From positions 1,222 to 65,221 of IMG/VR virus record IMGVR_UViG_3300035199_000798: 64,000 nt of DNA. One strand, given 5' to 3'. The DNA comes from a virus. Its lineage: Duplodnaviria > Caudoviricetes. How positions within the stretch are numbered: the first letter of the stretch is position 1; the number at the start of each line of letters is the position of its first letter. This document shows, one piece after another, positions 27,996 through 37,994 of this stretch. The notes under the pieces were generated by a model. It saw nothing but the letters and a program-made list of their open reading frames with translations, was not told the origin of the DNA and ran no database searches. The translations under genes and the position numbers were made by a program.

Positions 27996-28866
27996 GCCTC
28001 CAAGTCGACACCCCTTCCACTTAGTGGGCCTTGTCCCTGTGGACGGTCAAAAGCTGGACTTTAATTTTCCATGGCATGACTCCTTACAGCCGATAGATAG
28101 GGACTATCTCGCTGTAGAGAAGGCGGTCTTCAATTGCGCCCTTGCTGGTTGCAAGACCATTTGGATCGCCTGTCCCAAAGATATGCAACCCTTGATTCGC
28201 TATCGCCTAGGAGACTATATAATAGACCCGTATGAGCTAGAAAAGACAGCTAGATTCGCGCGCTACCCCGCGTATAAGGAAATCCCCATTTATTATGTTC
28301 CCGTTCATCCCAAGGATGCTGATCGGCGCGATAGTCTATCATGGAGCATCATCACGGGTGCCTACGCTTCTTACCGCGCCTCCAAGAAAATTAGCAAGTG
28401 GACCACGCCGGACCGCTATTTTGTTTCTTTTCCCTATGGTCTTTTCAGCGACCGTTCCCTTCAGGACAGCCGCTCTTTAGCGAGGAATAGCAGGCCTTTC
28501 TGTGTATCGTACGAGGGGAAGAACTTTAAAGATGGGCTCTATTTACCTTTTACTTTCACGCCTGAAGATTTTCTGGTTGCGCGCAGAAAGGTGCGCTCCT
28601 CTGAGACACGGAGCGTTGATGCTGAGCGGAAGAAACTCCCCCCAGAGGAACAGTTCTCCGGGCGCTATTTTACCCACGATTTTGTCTTTAGCAACGTCGA
28701 CATTGTGGACACCCAAGTAATTGACATCCCATGGTATTTTGATATATCCAGTTGGGAAGGTCTAAAAAAATGGCTGGGGTCTGATTATTCTCTTGACAAA
28801 CCAGCCGCCAGTATATTATCATATCATGAATGGAATCCGATTGGAGTAGATAATGAACAAGAGTAA
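27985..28866 (+). CDS. Nucleotidyltransferase / GT-A fold-like protein, divergent
   Basis: GLVPVDG...LQPI...AVEKAV..CALAGCKTIWI...FDISSWE resembles NTP-transferase architecture. Confidence 0.5.
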   Translation: MEAKPPSRHPFHLVGLVPVDGQKLDFNFPWHDSLQPIDRDYLAVEKAVFNCALAGCKTIWIACPKDMQPLIRYRLGDYIIDPYELEKTARFARYPAYKEIPIYYVPVHPKDADRRDSLSWSIITGAYASYRASKKISKWTTPDRYFVSFPYGLFSDRSLQDSRSLARNSRPFCVSYEGKNFKDGLYLPFTFTPEDFLVARRKVRSSETRSVDAERKKLPPEEQFSGRYFTHDFVFSNVDIVDTQVIDIPWYFDISSWEGLKKWLGSDYSLDKPAASILSYHEWNPIGVDNEQE

Positions 28867-31800
28867 AATCCCCTTTGTGGGGTTGCATGCCCATAGCGGA
28901 ATGGGAAGTCCTTTTGATGGACTGGGATATCCCCAAGAACATATGGAATTCGCCTTCAAGAATGGGAGCAGCGCGCTCGCCCTCACTGATCATGGGAACA
29001 TGAATGGGTTTGCTTATCAAGTTCAGTACGCTCGACAAATGAAAAAAGACGGCAAGAACTTTAAGCCTATCTTTGGCGTGGAAGCTTATTTTGTTCCCAG
29101 CATTGCTGAATGGAAAGAGGAGCTAGAGCGTGCGCGCCAAGACAAAAAGGCTCAGAAACAAATTGACAAGGGAAAAGCAGGCACCACAATTGAGGACGAG
29201 GGCTCCTCCAAAGGGGGCAACAAGACCATCCTCAACCGCCGGCGCCACTTGATTCTCCTGGCTCAAAACCAAACGGGCTTAAACAACATCTTTTCTATAG
29301 TCTCCAAGTCTTACCGCAGCGAAAATTTCTATCGGTTCCCTCGTACTGATTATGCTATGCTCGCTGAGCACGGTGAAGGGGTGATCGCCGCCAGCGCATG
29401 TATGGGTGGCGTATATGCTGGAGATTATTGGGAAAACCGCGACGAAGGGAGCCAAGCAGTTCTTGCGGCGATGCGCAAAACAACAGACCGAATGCGCGAT
29501 ATTTTTGGCGACCGTTGGTATGGAGAACTTCAGTGGAACAGCATTGAACAACAACATGAGATCAATCAGTACATTATTCAAATACATGAGGAACTGGGCA
29601 TCCCGCTCATCTCCACCGCAGACAGCCACTATCCCTCCCCCAGCGCGTGGAAAGATCGCGAGCTTTATAAACGCCTAGGCTGGCTCGGGAAAGGGAGCAC
29701 TCCGGATTGGCTTTCTAATGAACTTCCAGCAGACGTCGATGAAATCGGATATGAGCTATACCCTAAAAATGGGGATCAGATGTGGGCAGCCTATAAGAAA
29801 TACGCCCAACAGTGCGATTACGCCTACAGCGATGACTTGGTACGCAAAAGCATTGAGGATACTCACCGTATTGCCCATGAACTGATTGAGGACTTTATGC
29901 CCGACAATACGGTGCGCCTCCCGGGCTTTGTTGTGCCGCCGGGACAAACCGATGATAACGCGCTGATCGCCGCTTGTGTCGACGGTTTGCGGAAATTAAA
30001 GTTGGACAACGATCAAACTTATGTGGAGCGATTAAAAGAAGAACTAGAGGTCATCAGCGACCGTGGGTTTAGTAAATATTTCCTGACCATGTACGCAGTG
30101 GCCAATAGCGCAAACGAGGTTCAACTCACCGGCCCCGGCCGAGGATCCGCAGCAGGGTCTTTGGTTGCTTATACCCTTGGCATCACTCAGGTCGACCCTA
30201 TTAAATACAACCTTCTGTTTTCACGCTTTCTGCGCCGCGACGCTACGGACTACCCCGATATTGATTATGATGTGAGCGACCCCATGGGTCTTAAGGAGAT
30301 TCTTATCGACAAGTGGGGCGACACCACTGTAGTACCCATCTCTAATTTTAACACCCTGCAGCTTCGCTCTCTCATCAAAGATATTTCGAAATTCTATGGG
30401 ATCCCTTTCATCGAGGCTAACGCAGCAACCTCCAAGATGCTAGCAGAGGCGACGCCCTTGGCTAAGCGCAAGCATGGAATCAAAGCCGGGGTTTATACTC
30501 CGACGTTTGAAGAGGTCATGGAGTACTCCGACTCTCTTAAGAGCTTTTTGATGCGCTATCCCAAGGTGGCCAAACACGTCAACGTGCTTTATGGCCAAGT
30601 CCGCGCCGTTTCGCGTCATGCGGGTGGAGTCGTCATTGGCGAAGATCTGGACAAGCATATGCCTCTCATCAATAGCGGCGGCATCACTCAAACGCCATGG
30701 TCCGAAGGGCAAAACGTTCGCCACCTGGAACCAATGGGGTTCATTAAGTTTGATATCCTGGGCCTTTCGACACTTAAGATGATTGAAGGGGCAGTTTATC
30801 ATATTCTGCGTCGGCACCATGGAGTGGAAAACCCCACCTTTGAAGATATCAAAAGGTTCTATGACGAGAATTTACACCCCGACGTTCTCGATCTCAAAGA
30901 TCAAGATGTTTACCGAAACATCTTTCACAAGGGGAAGTGGGCCGGCGTATTTCAGTTTACAGAGAAGGGGGCGCAAGCTTTTTGCCAGCGCGCAAAGCCT
31001 AAGAGTATCGTTGACATCGCCGCCATAACGGCTATTTATCGACCAGGCCCACTTTCGGCCAATGTCCACGAGCTTTATGTTGATGCTAAGCAAAACCCTG
31101 AAAAGGTTAATTATCTCAACGACTTGGTTAAAGAAGTTACCAAGGAAACTCACGGGTTTTTAATCTTTCAAGAGCAAATCGCTCTCCTCGCGCACAAGCT
31201 GGGAAAGAATTTGACACTCGACGAAGGCAACATGTTGCGGAAGCTGTTGACTAAGAAAGGAACAGGTAAGGGCGATGACAAGAAAAGACAACTCCACCAA
31301 AAATTTATCCAAGGTTGTCTCGATAGGGGCTTATCTCGCGAAGAGGGACAAAAGATTTGGCAAAGGTTTGAGTATTTCAGCGGCTATGGTTTTAATAAGT
31401 CTCATGCTGTATCTTATTCTACCATTTCTTATCAGTGTGCTTGGCTGCTAAACTATTACCCTTCGGAGTGGATGGCCAGCTTTCTGGACAAGGAGCCTGA
31501 GAGTCGCAAGGAGCGCGCCCTAAACATTGCTAAGAAGTATGGCTTCCAGATTAGACCCTTGGACATTAATGAATCTGGTTTGGTGTGGGGTATCACCGAG
31601 AATGGTAAGACTCTCATTCAACCACTGGCCTCCCTTAAGGGTCTAGGGGACAAGGCCATCGAACAAGTTATGGATCATCGCCCCTTTACCACGGTGGAAG
31701 AGTTCTTGTTCAATGAGGAGATTGTCTATTCCAAATTGAACAAGAAAGCTATAGATGTACTAAGCCGCGCCGGCGCTCTTAAGCTGCTGATGGACGAAAG

Positions 31801-32281
31801 ATTTGACAACCCTAAGCATTTTTGGACCGTTGTAGCACAGAATCGCCCAAAGAGTCGTAAGAAACTCAAAGAGTTGATTGAAGAGCACAAAGGGAGCGAC
31901 GACTTTACGCGCGATGAATATATCGAGAACACCGTAGAACTCTCAGGCCTTTACCCCTTTAACTTGGTCTTGGATGAGCATACGAAGCAGCGTCTTGATT
32001 TTCATAAAGTCCCTCCGATCTCAGAATTTGATTTAGATTTGAGCGTGGCTTGGTTTATCCCACGCGAGGTGGTCAAACGGAAGACAGTTAAAGGACGCCC
32101 CTATTATATTGTGAAAACTATCGATAGTAACTCCGCCATGGTGGATATTAAATGCTGGGGCGTAAACCCTGTCCGCGATAAGGTGTTTTTAAACCGGCCA
32201 TATATGGCTAAACTTAAATACGAAGAACAATGGGGCTTCTCTAGCAAGTCCGGATTGAGAAGCTGGAGGTTATTAGGATGA
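28853..32281 (+). CDS. dnaE: DNA polymerase III alpha subunit
   Basis: LHAHS, ALTDHG, DSHY, GPGRGSAAGSLVAY, PDIDYD, HAGGVVI, KFDILGL, YGFNKSHA. Confidence 0.96.
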   Translation: MNKSKIPFVGLHAHSGMGSPFDGLGYPQEHMEFAFKNGSSALALTDHGNMNGFAYQVQYARQMKKDGKNFKPIFGVEAYFVPSIAEWKEELERARQDKKAQKQIDKGKAGTTIEDEGSSKGGNKTILNRRRHLILLAQNQTGLNNIFSIVSKSYRSENFYRFPRTDYAMLAEHGEGVIAASACMGGVYAGDYWENRDEGSQAVLAAMRKTTDRMRDIFGDRWYGELQWNSIEQQHEINQYIIQIHEELGIPLISTADSHYPSPSAWKDRELYKRLGWLGKGSTPDWLSNELPADVDEIGYELYPKNGDQMWAAYKKYAQQCDYAYSDDLVRKSIEDTHRIAHELIEDFMPDNTVRLPGFVVPPGQTDDNALIAACVDGLRKLKLDNDQTYVERLKEELEVISDRGFSKYFLTMYAVANSANEVQLTGPGRGSAAGSLVAYTLGITQVDPIKYNLLFSRFLRRDATDYPDIDYDVSDPMGLKEILIDKWGDTTVVPISNFNTLQLRSLIKDISKFYGIPFIEANAATSKMLAEATPLAKRKHGIKAGVYTPTFEEVMEYSDSLKSFLMRYPKVAKHVNVLYGQVRAVSRHAGGVVIGEDLDKHMPLINSGGITQTPWSEGQNVRHLEPMGFIKFDILGLSTLKMIEGAVYHILRRHHGVENPTFEDIKRFYDENLHPDVLDLKDQDVYRNIFHKGKWAGVFQFTEKGAQAFCQRAKPKSIVDIAAITAIYRPGPLSANVHELYVDAKQNPEKVNYLNDLVKEVTKETHGFLIFQEQIALLAHKLGKNLTLDEGNMLRKLLTKKGTGKGDDKKRQLHQKFIQGCLDRGLSREEGQKIWQRFEYFSGYGFNKSHAVSYSTISYQCAWLLNYYPSEWMASFLDKEPESRKERALNIAKKYGFQIRPLDINESGLVWGITENGKTLIQPLASLKGLGDKAIEQVMDHRPFTTVEEFLFNEEIVYSKLNKKAIDVLSRAGALKLLMDERFDNPKHFWTVVAQNRPKSRKKLKELIEEHKGSDDFTRDEYIENTVELSGLYPFNLVLDEHTKQRLDFHKVPPISEFDLDLSVAWFIPREVVKRKTVKGRPYYIVKTIDSNSAMVDIKCWGVNPVRDKVFLNRPYMAKLKYEEQWGFSSKSGLRSWRLLG

Positions 32282-32748
32282 GATTAAAGGTATGTAGACT
32301 GAGGGAGGGGGCGAAACTCCCAACCCGCGCACATAAGATGGATGCGGGAGTTGATTTGTATTACTGCCCCAACGGAGATCGGGCGCGCATCTTGCAAGAT
32401 GAAGGACTCGTGATCGAGCCTCGACAGAGCGTGCTCATCCCCACCGGTTTAAAAGTAGAGGTCCCCTATGGGCACATGTTGGAAATTAAAAACAAGTCCG
32501 GGATTGCTTTTAAGCGGCAGCTGGTCGTGGGCGCATGCGTCGTCGACCCGGGATACACAGGGGAGTTGTATGTCAATCTTCATAATTTAGGGCTGAGCCC
32601 ACAGTATCTTAAAGAGGGAGACAAGATTGCCCAAGCCATTTTAATCCCCATCTTACATTGTAACGTGGAGGAAGTTGCGGAAGAAAATTTTTTAAATTCC
32701 CACTCCACTCGCGGTGGGGGCGGGTTTGGCTCCACCGGAGAACGGTAA
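32278..32748 (+). CDS. dut: Trimeric dUTPase
   Basis: DAGVDL, KSG, VVDPGYTGE, KIAQ, RGGGGFGSTG. Confidence 0.95.
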   Translation: MRLKVCRLREGAKLPTRAHKMDAGVDLYYCPNGDRARILQDEGLVIEPRQSVLIPTGLKVEVPYGHMLEIKNKSGIAFKRQLVVGACVVDPGYTGELYVNLHNLGLSPQYLKEGDKIAQAILIPILHCNVEEVAEENFLNSHSTRGGGGFGSTGER

Positions 32749-32797
32749 TTTATTTTTACACTATTTAGACAGGATAACAACCTGAAGGAGAATTGGA

Positions 32798-33658
32798 ATG
32801 AGTTTCATTTATACTTTACGTTTTGGCGATGAGGGCCAAGAAGTAAAAAGACTACAGCGCGCCCTAGGGGCGGTAGCTGACGGGGATTTTGGTCCCCAAA
32901 CTTTAAAAACAGTAAAAGAGTACCAGCAATCTGAAGGCCTCGTTTGCGACGGCCTCGCTGGTCTTAAAACACTCGGCTCTTTGGGGATTGCCCCGCGGGT
33001 GGGAATTGACGTTAGCTCTCACAACGGCGCCGTGGACTGGGCCAAGGCAGCAAATGCCGGCGTTGAGTTCGCCTGGGTAAAAGCCACAGAGGGCCAGACT
33101 CATGTTAATCGTGACTGGGTAAAGCGTTATGAGGGCGCCGTGGATAATAATGTTATTGTGGGTGCCTATCATTTTGCGCGGCCGGATCTTAACAAGTACG
33201 ACAATCCCGAGGCGGATGCGCGCGCAGAGTTTAAACATTTCCGAGACACCCTCGCGTCGGTAGGAGGCCTGCAGGCCGGAAATTTGGTACCAGCCGTTGA
33301 TCTCGAAGCTGGCATGAAGACAGACGATCAATATAATGCCGATTGGTACTTAGAGTGGCTGTCCGCCGCTGAAGAAGAATGGGGCGTGAAGGCCATTGTG
33401 TACAGCGCGCGGTGGGCATGGAATCTCTATTTACGCAATGCGTCCGCGGAAGATAAGGTCAAGTTTACTGAGTACCCAGTATGGTGGGCAAATTATATTC
33501 GCAAGAAGCCTCTAGTGGGCCCAGAAGCACAGCTGCGGAATTGGGACACCTGGGACGTGTGGCAATACACCGGCTGGGGGGAATGCCCGGGCCTTAAGGG
33601 GCGCGTCGATTTGAATTGGATGGCTGGAGAGCAGCTATGTAAACTTGTGGTACCTTAA
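32798..33658 (+). CDS. Endolysin: peptidoglycan-binding domain + GH25 muramidase
   Basis: DGDFGPQT...DGLAG; GIDVSSHNG, KATEG, GAYHF, DLE, WQYT, VDLN. Confidence 0.9.
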   Translation: MSFIYTLRFGDEGQEVKRLQRALGAVADGDFGPQTLKTVKEYQQSEGLVCDGLAGLKTLGSLGIAPRVGIDVSSHNGAVDWAKAANAGVEFAWVKATEGQTHVNRDWVKRYEGAVDNNVIVGAYHFARPDLNKYDNPEADARAEFKHFRDTLASVGGLQAGNLVPAVDLEAGMKTDDQYNADWYLEWLSAAEEEWGVKAIVYSARWAWNLYLRNASAEDKVKFTEYPVWWANYIRKKPLVGPEAQLRNWDTWDVWQYTGWGECPGLKGRVDLNWMAGEQLCKLVVP

Positions 33659-33668
33659 GGAGACCGAC

Positions 33669-33965
33669 ATGAGCACAGAAACACGGAAAATGAAAAGAAA
33701 AAAATTGACCAAGGCTCAGAAGGCCGCCCAGAAAGAAATGGCAACAAAAGTAGCTTTATTTGGAAAATTACCCGATTATTGCTTGACTTGTGAAGAACCC
33801 TTTGATAAAATGGATAAAGAACAAGTGGCCTCGTGGAATGTGGTAGTAAACGAGAAAGAGGAACGCGTTCGCCTTTATTGCCCGGAATGCTGGCAACAAG
33901 CCCAACAAATAATTAAAGATTTTAAGAGACACCTAGAGGAGAAGCATGAGCAACCCAAAAGCTGA
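33669..33965 (+). CDS. Hypothetical Zn-finger protein
   Basis: CLTC...CPEC; AAGGAG RBS. Confidence 0.65.
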   Translation: MSTETRKMKRKKLTKAQKAAQKEMATKVALFGKLPDYCLTCEEPFDKMDKEQVASWNVVVNEKEERVRLYCPECWQQAQQIIKDFKRHLEEKHEQPKS

Positions 33966-34227
33966 AGTGATAAACTTCGAAGATCCCGTTAACCACCCCA
34001 AACATTACAACATAAACTGGAAAGGCGAAAAGGCCATTGAGACATACAACTACATTGATTCGTGGTGTATGAACTATGCGCAGGGGAATATTATTAAATA
34101 TGTTTCGCGATACCCCTATAAGGGTAAGTCAGTTGAGGATTTAAAGAAAGCGCGTTGGTATCTGGATCGGCTAATTGACGAGGAAGAAGCGAAGAGATCC
34201 GCCCAGGAGAAGCCCCGTGAGGTTTAG
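33946..34227 (+). CDS. DUF3310-like phage protein
   Basis: DPVNHPKHY, GNIIKYVSR..KG..EDLKKARWYL. Confidence 0.85.
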   Translation: MSNPKAEVINFEDPVNHPKHYNINWKGEKAIETYNYIDSWCMNYAQGNIIKYVSRYPYKGKSVEDLKKARWYLDRLIDEEEAKRSAQEKPREV

Positions 34228-35263
34228 AGAGGCTCTAACTTATGACGATGTCCTTCTAGAGCCTCAGTACTCAACTATTCGTTCGCGCAAAGAGATTAGC
34301 CTGGGGAACGCTTTAAGCGATGATCTTTGGCTAGACTTGCCCCTTATCTCTTCTCCCATGGACACTGTCACGGAGGGGGAAATGGCCCGGGCGATGGCCC
34401 GACATGGCGCCATGGGGGTGATACATCGGTATAACGATATCGAAACCCAGGCCTCCATCGTGCGCGAGCTTCAGGCAGCCGCCTCTTCTGCTCTGAGTAT
34501 CCTGACTGTACCGCCCATTGCCGCAGCAGTTGGTGTGACTGGATTTTATCTCCAGCGAGCAGTGGCTTTGTGCGAAAGCGGCGCCAATATTTTATGTGTT
34601 GACGTGGCCCATGGACATCACATCTTGGTTAAAGAGGCTCTTCGAAATCTCAGGTCCGAATTGGGGGAGGCTGTACACCTTATGGCAGGGAACGTGGCAA
34701 CGCTCGCGGCTTTCAACGACTTGGCCGATTGGGGCGCCGATAGCGTACGCTGTAATATTGGCGGTGGCAGCATATGCAGCACCCGCATCCAAACTGGCCA
34801 TGGCCTGCCTGGTCTTCAAACTATTTTTGATTGCGCGGCTACCGACCGCGACGTTAAAATAATTGCTGATGGCGGCATCCGCACGAGCGGGGATATCGTG
34901 AAGGCCATCGCCGCAGGCGCAGATTTTGTGATGCTCGGCTCCATGCTCGCGGGAACAGCAGAGTCTCCCGGGGAGACAATAGAGGACTCCGCTGGCCACC
35001 TCTTTAAAAAATATCGAGGGATGGCAAGCAAGGACGCCCAGATCACTTGGCGCGGACGGCACAGTTCGAATGAAGGAGTGAGCACAGAGATCCCCTATAA
35101 AGGCCCGGTCGGTCCTCTTTTAGAGGACATTGCCAATGGGATCCGATCAGGGCTCTCCTATTCGGGAGCTAGAGATATTATAGATCTTCAGACGAAAGCC
35201 AAATTCGTGCGCCAAAGCAGCGCTGGTCTAAATGAAAGCGGAACTCACATTTTGTCGCGATGA
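34217..35263 (+). CDS. guaB: IMP dehydrogenase / GMP reductase family enzyme (no CBS domain)
   Basis: LTYDDVLL, SSPMDTVT, DVAHGH, GGGSICSTR, ADGGI, YRGMAS. Confidence 0.85.
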   Translation: MRFREALTYDDVLLEPQYSTIRSRKEISLGNALSDDLWLDLPLISSPMDTVTEGEMARAMARHGAMGVIHRYNDIETQASIVRELQAAASSALSILTVPPIAAAVGVTGFYLQRAVALCESGANILCVDVAHGHHILVKEALRNLRSELGEAVHLMAGNVATLAAFNDLADWGADSVRCNIGGGSICSTRIQTGHGLPGLQTIFDCAATDRDVKIIADGGIRTSGDIVKAIAAGADFVMLGSMLAGTAESPGETIEDSAGHLFKKYRGMASKDAQITWRGRHSSNEGVSTEIPYKGPVGPLLEDIANGIRSGLSYSGARDIIDLQTKAKFVRQSSAGLNESGTHILSR

Positions 35264-35598
35264 TGTATAAAAGAAAACCAAGACCCGAGGACGCCAAAAC
35301 GATCCAATTTCCTTCGCTGGAAGAGCTTCATGTTAACTTATTGCTGAAACTTAAGTTCGATGATATCACCAAATACTTTTTTTTCAATGAGTGTATGAAG
35401 GCTTTTATTACGGAGGACCCGGACTTCATGCCTTTCTTGGAGAAAATGAAAGAGAAGAGCATGTTGGCGCGCAAGTTCCGCACTAAAAAAGCGCGTGAGT
35501 TACGCAAAAAAGAACAAGAGATTAAAGATAGATTTGCTTTAAATACTAACGACATAGAAGATATATTTGATATGATAGAACACGAGGAGGGAGTATGA
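35260..35598 (+). CDS. Hypothetical protein
   Basis: 112 aa, ATGA overlap coupling. Confidence 0.6.
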   Translation: MMYKRKPRPEDAKTIQFPSLEELHVNLLLKLKFDDITKYFFFNECMKAFITEDPDFMPFLEKMKEKSMLARKFRTKKARELRKKEQEIKDRFALNTNDIEDIFDMIEHEEGV

Positions 35599-35822
35599 AA
35601 TTATGTTCGCGGCAATGCTTATTGAACAATGAATGCTGTACAAAAAGCGAGTGTCGACAATGGATGGAATATAAAGAAGATTTGAATTGTTGTTTAATTG
35701 CCATAGAGAAACATGGGAACTTGACTTTGAACGAGGTCGGAAAGCGATTAAAGATATCGTATGTTCGCGTCAAACAGATTGAAACCGAGGCCATCAATAA
35801 ATTACAAAAAAAGGTAATTTAA
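35595..35822 (+). CDS. Stand-alone sigma70 region 4-like HTH protein with Cys-rich N-terminus
   Basis: LTLNEVGKRLKISYVRVKQIETEAINKL matches the TL.E.G....T.ERVRQIE..AL.KL pattern. Confidence 0.75.
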   Translation: MKLCSRQCLLNNECCTKSECRQWMEYKEDLNCCLIAIEKHGNLTLNEVGKRLKISYVRVKQIETEAINKLQKKVI

Positions 35823-35893
35823 CTTCAAGGTTAACTAATTATTACAACCCACTATACCAGATGTCTAACATCTAATACTTTAAGGAGAGAAAC

Positions 35894-36655
35894 ATGGACA
35901 GCAAGAAGAACCTTTTGAACGAAGCGACAGTCCGCCGTTTTATGAAATTGGCCGAACTGGAGCCACTCGTTAACCCCTTTGTCGAGAATATCGAAACCGA
36001 AGAGGTGGTTACCGAGGATGAGGAAGACCGCTACGATTATGAAAAAGGCAAGGATGCCGGCGAAATCGAAGGCGCAGAAGACGCTCTTGGTGACGAGGAA
36101 GAACTCGAAGTAGATCTCGCCCCAGAAGACGAACTCGATATCGAAGATGATCTCGAAGCCGCAGGCGCGGAGGGTACCATGGAAGAGAAAGTCAAAGACT
36201 TCTTTGACGCCGTCGCCCAAGCCGCAACAGACATTCTCGGAGTAGATACCGAAGTTGAGTCCGACACTGGCGAAGTGGAAGATGTCGAAGCTATGGACAT
36301 CGGCCCCGAAGGTGAAGAAGAGTTGGCGGTTGCCGACCTGGATGTTGGCGGCGAAGACGTTGACGTTGACGATGTGGAGCTTGAAGAAGGCACCACTAAG
36401 GGTGAACTGGATAAGCCCGATGCCAGCGGTTATCGAAAACAGGCTTTTGGCGCGCCCGGTGAAGGTGGCAAAATCACCACTGGTCCGCACAAAGGGGAGA
36501 TCGCGGACGAAGACCCAAGCAAAGGGGAAGAACTCACCACTGGTCCGGACAAAGGCAAACCAGCCTACAGGAAGAAGCAAAACGAAAACAATGACCGCAT
36601 CGCCGAAGAGATTACTCGACGAGTGGTTGAGCGTCTTCTTAACCCCAAAGCTTAA
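35894..36655 (+). CDS. Highly acidic late protein (scaffold / head-internal candidate)
   Basis: LLNEATVRRFMKLA N-terminus, D/E-rich, CTAATTA upstream; internal TTGP(H/D)KG duplication. Confidence 0.7.
   Translation: MDSKKNLLNEATVRRFMKLAELEPLVNPFVENIETEEVVTEDEEDRYDYEKGKDAGEIEGAEDALGDEEELEVDLAPEDELDIEDDLEAAGAEGTMEEKVKDFFDAVAQAATDILGVDTEVESDTGEVEDVEAMDIGPEGEEELAVADLDVGGEDVDVDDVELEEGTTKGELDKPDASGYRKQAFGAPGEGGKITTGPHKGEIADEDPSKGEELTTGPDKGKPAYRKKQNENNDRIAEEITRRVVERLLNPKA
36474..36555 (+). repeat. Intragenic direct repeat with 60 nt period
   Basis: tcaccactggtccg(c/g)acaaagg at 36474 and 36534. Confidence 0.8.
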
Positions 36656-36696
36656 AAGCAACAACCACTCTTGATATAATATTCTTGAGGTATTAG

Positions 36697-37119
36697 ATGT
36701 CTGAATTCTTCTGGTTTCTTTTGGGTGCTTTGGTCTATAAAGTCTTATTCTCTCTCCTAGACTTTGGCCACAAGCGCATATTCCTTACTAAAATCAAATA
36801 CTTAGCGTTTTTGTTGATTGGAAGAGCTTATCAAGAGCTTCTTCTTGTCCAAGAACTAAAGTACAAGGCCATCTCTTACACTCTCAAAGATGAACAAAAA
36901 CTTAAGCTACATAAAAATAGTGACAAGGCTTTTATCCGAGGGTGGAAAAAAACTGCAGTTGACAATTTAAACTCCTCGGTCCCTTTTCCCTACCAAAATG
37001 CCATTGAAGTTGAAGATTGGAGTGATTTAATGCGCGTCATGGATAATTATTATAGAGCCAAGCTGAGGAGAGCCGCCATTGAAAACTCACAAGATCAAAA
37101 AGATGTTGATAGATCATGA
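36697..37119 (+). CDS. Hypothetical membrane-anchored protein
   Basis: Hydrophobic N-terminus; GAGG RBS. Confidence 0.65.
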   Translation: MSEFFWFLLGALVYKVLFSLLDFGHKRIFLTKIKYLAFLLIGRAYQELLLVQELKYKAISYTLKDEQKLKLHKNSDKAFIRGWKKTAVDNLNSSVPFPYQNAIEVEDWSDLMRVMDNYYRAKLRRAAIENSQDQKDVDRS

Positions 37120-37342
37120 ACTTATAACGTATGAAGATAAGTTTATTTTTGCGGAGCGCGCGTTCATGGCTCATTCTGCCGCCCAATGGGGCATTGATAA
37201 AATAGCGCGAAACGAGTTTTCTCAAAATCAAATTGACAGCTTCGGCAAAATTTTAATGATGTACCTAAAAGGTCGAATTGACTTAAGCTGGCAAAATGGC
37301 CTCTTAACAATGGAAAATCTAGAGGAGGTGCCACCCCAATGA
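37079..37342 (+). CDS. Hypothetical protein
   Basis: 87 aa ORF overlapping both neighbours. Confidence 0.55.
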   Translation: MKTHKIKKMLIDHELITYEDKFIFAERAFMAHSAAQWGIDKIARNEFSQNQIDSFGKILMMYLKGRIDLSWQNGLLTMENLEEVPPQ

Positions 37343-37977
37343 GCGAAGTAGTCTCAGGTACCATGGACTTCGAAGAAGAAGAAGTACCAGCGCAAAATGT
37401 TTTTATAATAGATGCTGCGCCCAAGGGCCCTAAATTCCGTGCCGCGAGCCTTTTCGGAACGCTGGGCGAAGAAGAACTCCTCGAAGCTGTCCAAACACTA
37501 GTGGCTCTTAGGGAAGCCTCGGAAGAAGAAAAATTGCGTGGAGATGACGATTGCCCCCCTCCACCTCCACTCAAATTTTATATTTCCACGTGGGGAGGGG
37601 ACGTCCACGGGATGTTCGCTATCTACGATCTTATGCGTGTTGTACAAGAGGGTCACGAGATTGAAACTATCGGGCTCGGGAAAGTGATGTCCGCCGGTGT
37701 GCTCTTGCTCGCTGCCGGTACAAAAGGCATACGAAAGATCGGCAAGAATACAAGAGTTATGCTTCATGGAATACGGGCCCTTCATCACGGAGGCGTCGCG
37801 TCTCTAGAGAACGAAATGAGCGAAACGCGCTGGATCCAAGAACAGATGATCCAGGCACTTGTCACGGAAACCAAACTAACCAAACGAAAGCTCCAGAAAA
37901 TGATCGATTCAAAAGTAGATGTATACTTGAACGCCGAGGAAGCCGTCGCTCTAGGAATAGCCGACATAATCATTTAG
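37339..37977 (+). CDS. Divergent ClpP-family protease
   Basis: YISTWGGDV, GKVMSAG (Ser), VMLHG (His), DVYLNAEEAVALGIAD. Confidence 0.85.
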   Translation: MSEVVSGTMDFEEEEVPAQNVFIIDAAPKGPKFRAASLFGTLGEEELLEAVQTLVALREASEEEKLRGDDDCPPPPPLKFYISTWGGDVHGMFAIYDLMRVVQEGHEIETIGLGKVMSAGVLLLAAGTKGIRKIGKNTRVMLHGIRALHHGGVASLENEMSETRWIQEQMIQALVTETKLTKRKLQKMIDSKVDVYLNAEEAVALGIADIII

Positions 37978-37994
37978 AAAGGACTAATTATAAT

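Noticed and set aside
22845-32281. Inteins or introns in the helicase, RNR or DnaE
   Set aside because: Motifs are contiguous, lengths are ordinary, and no splice-junction or homing endonuclease motifs were seen
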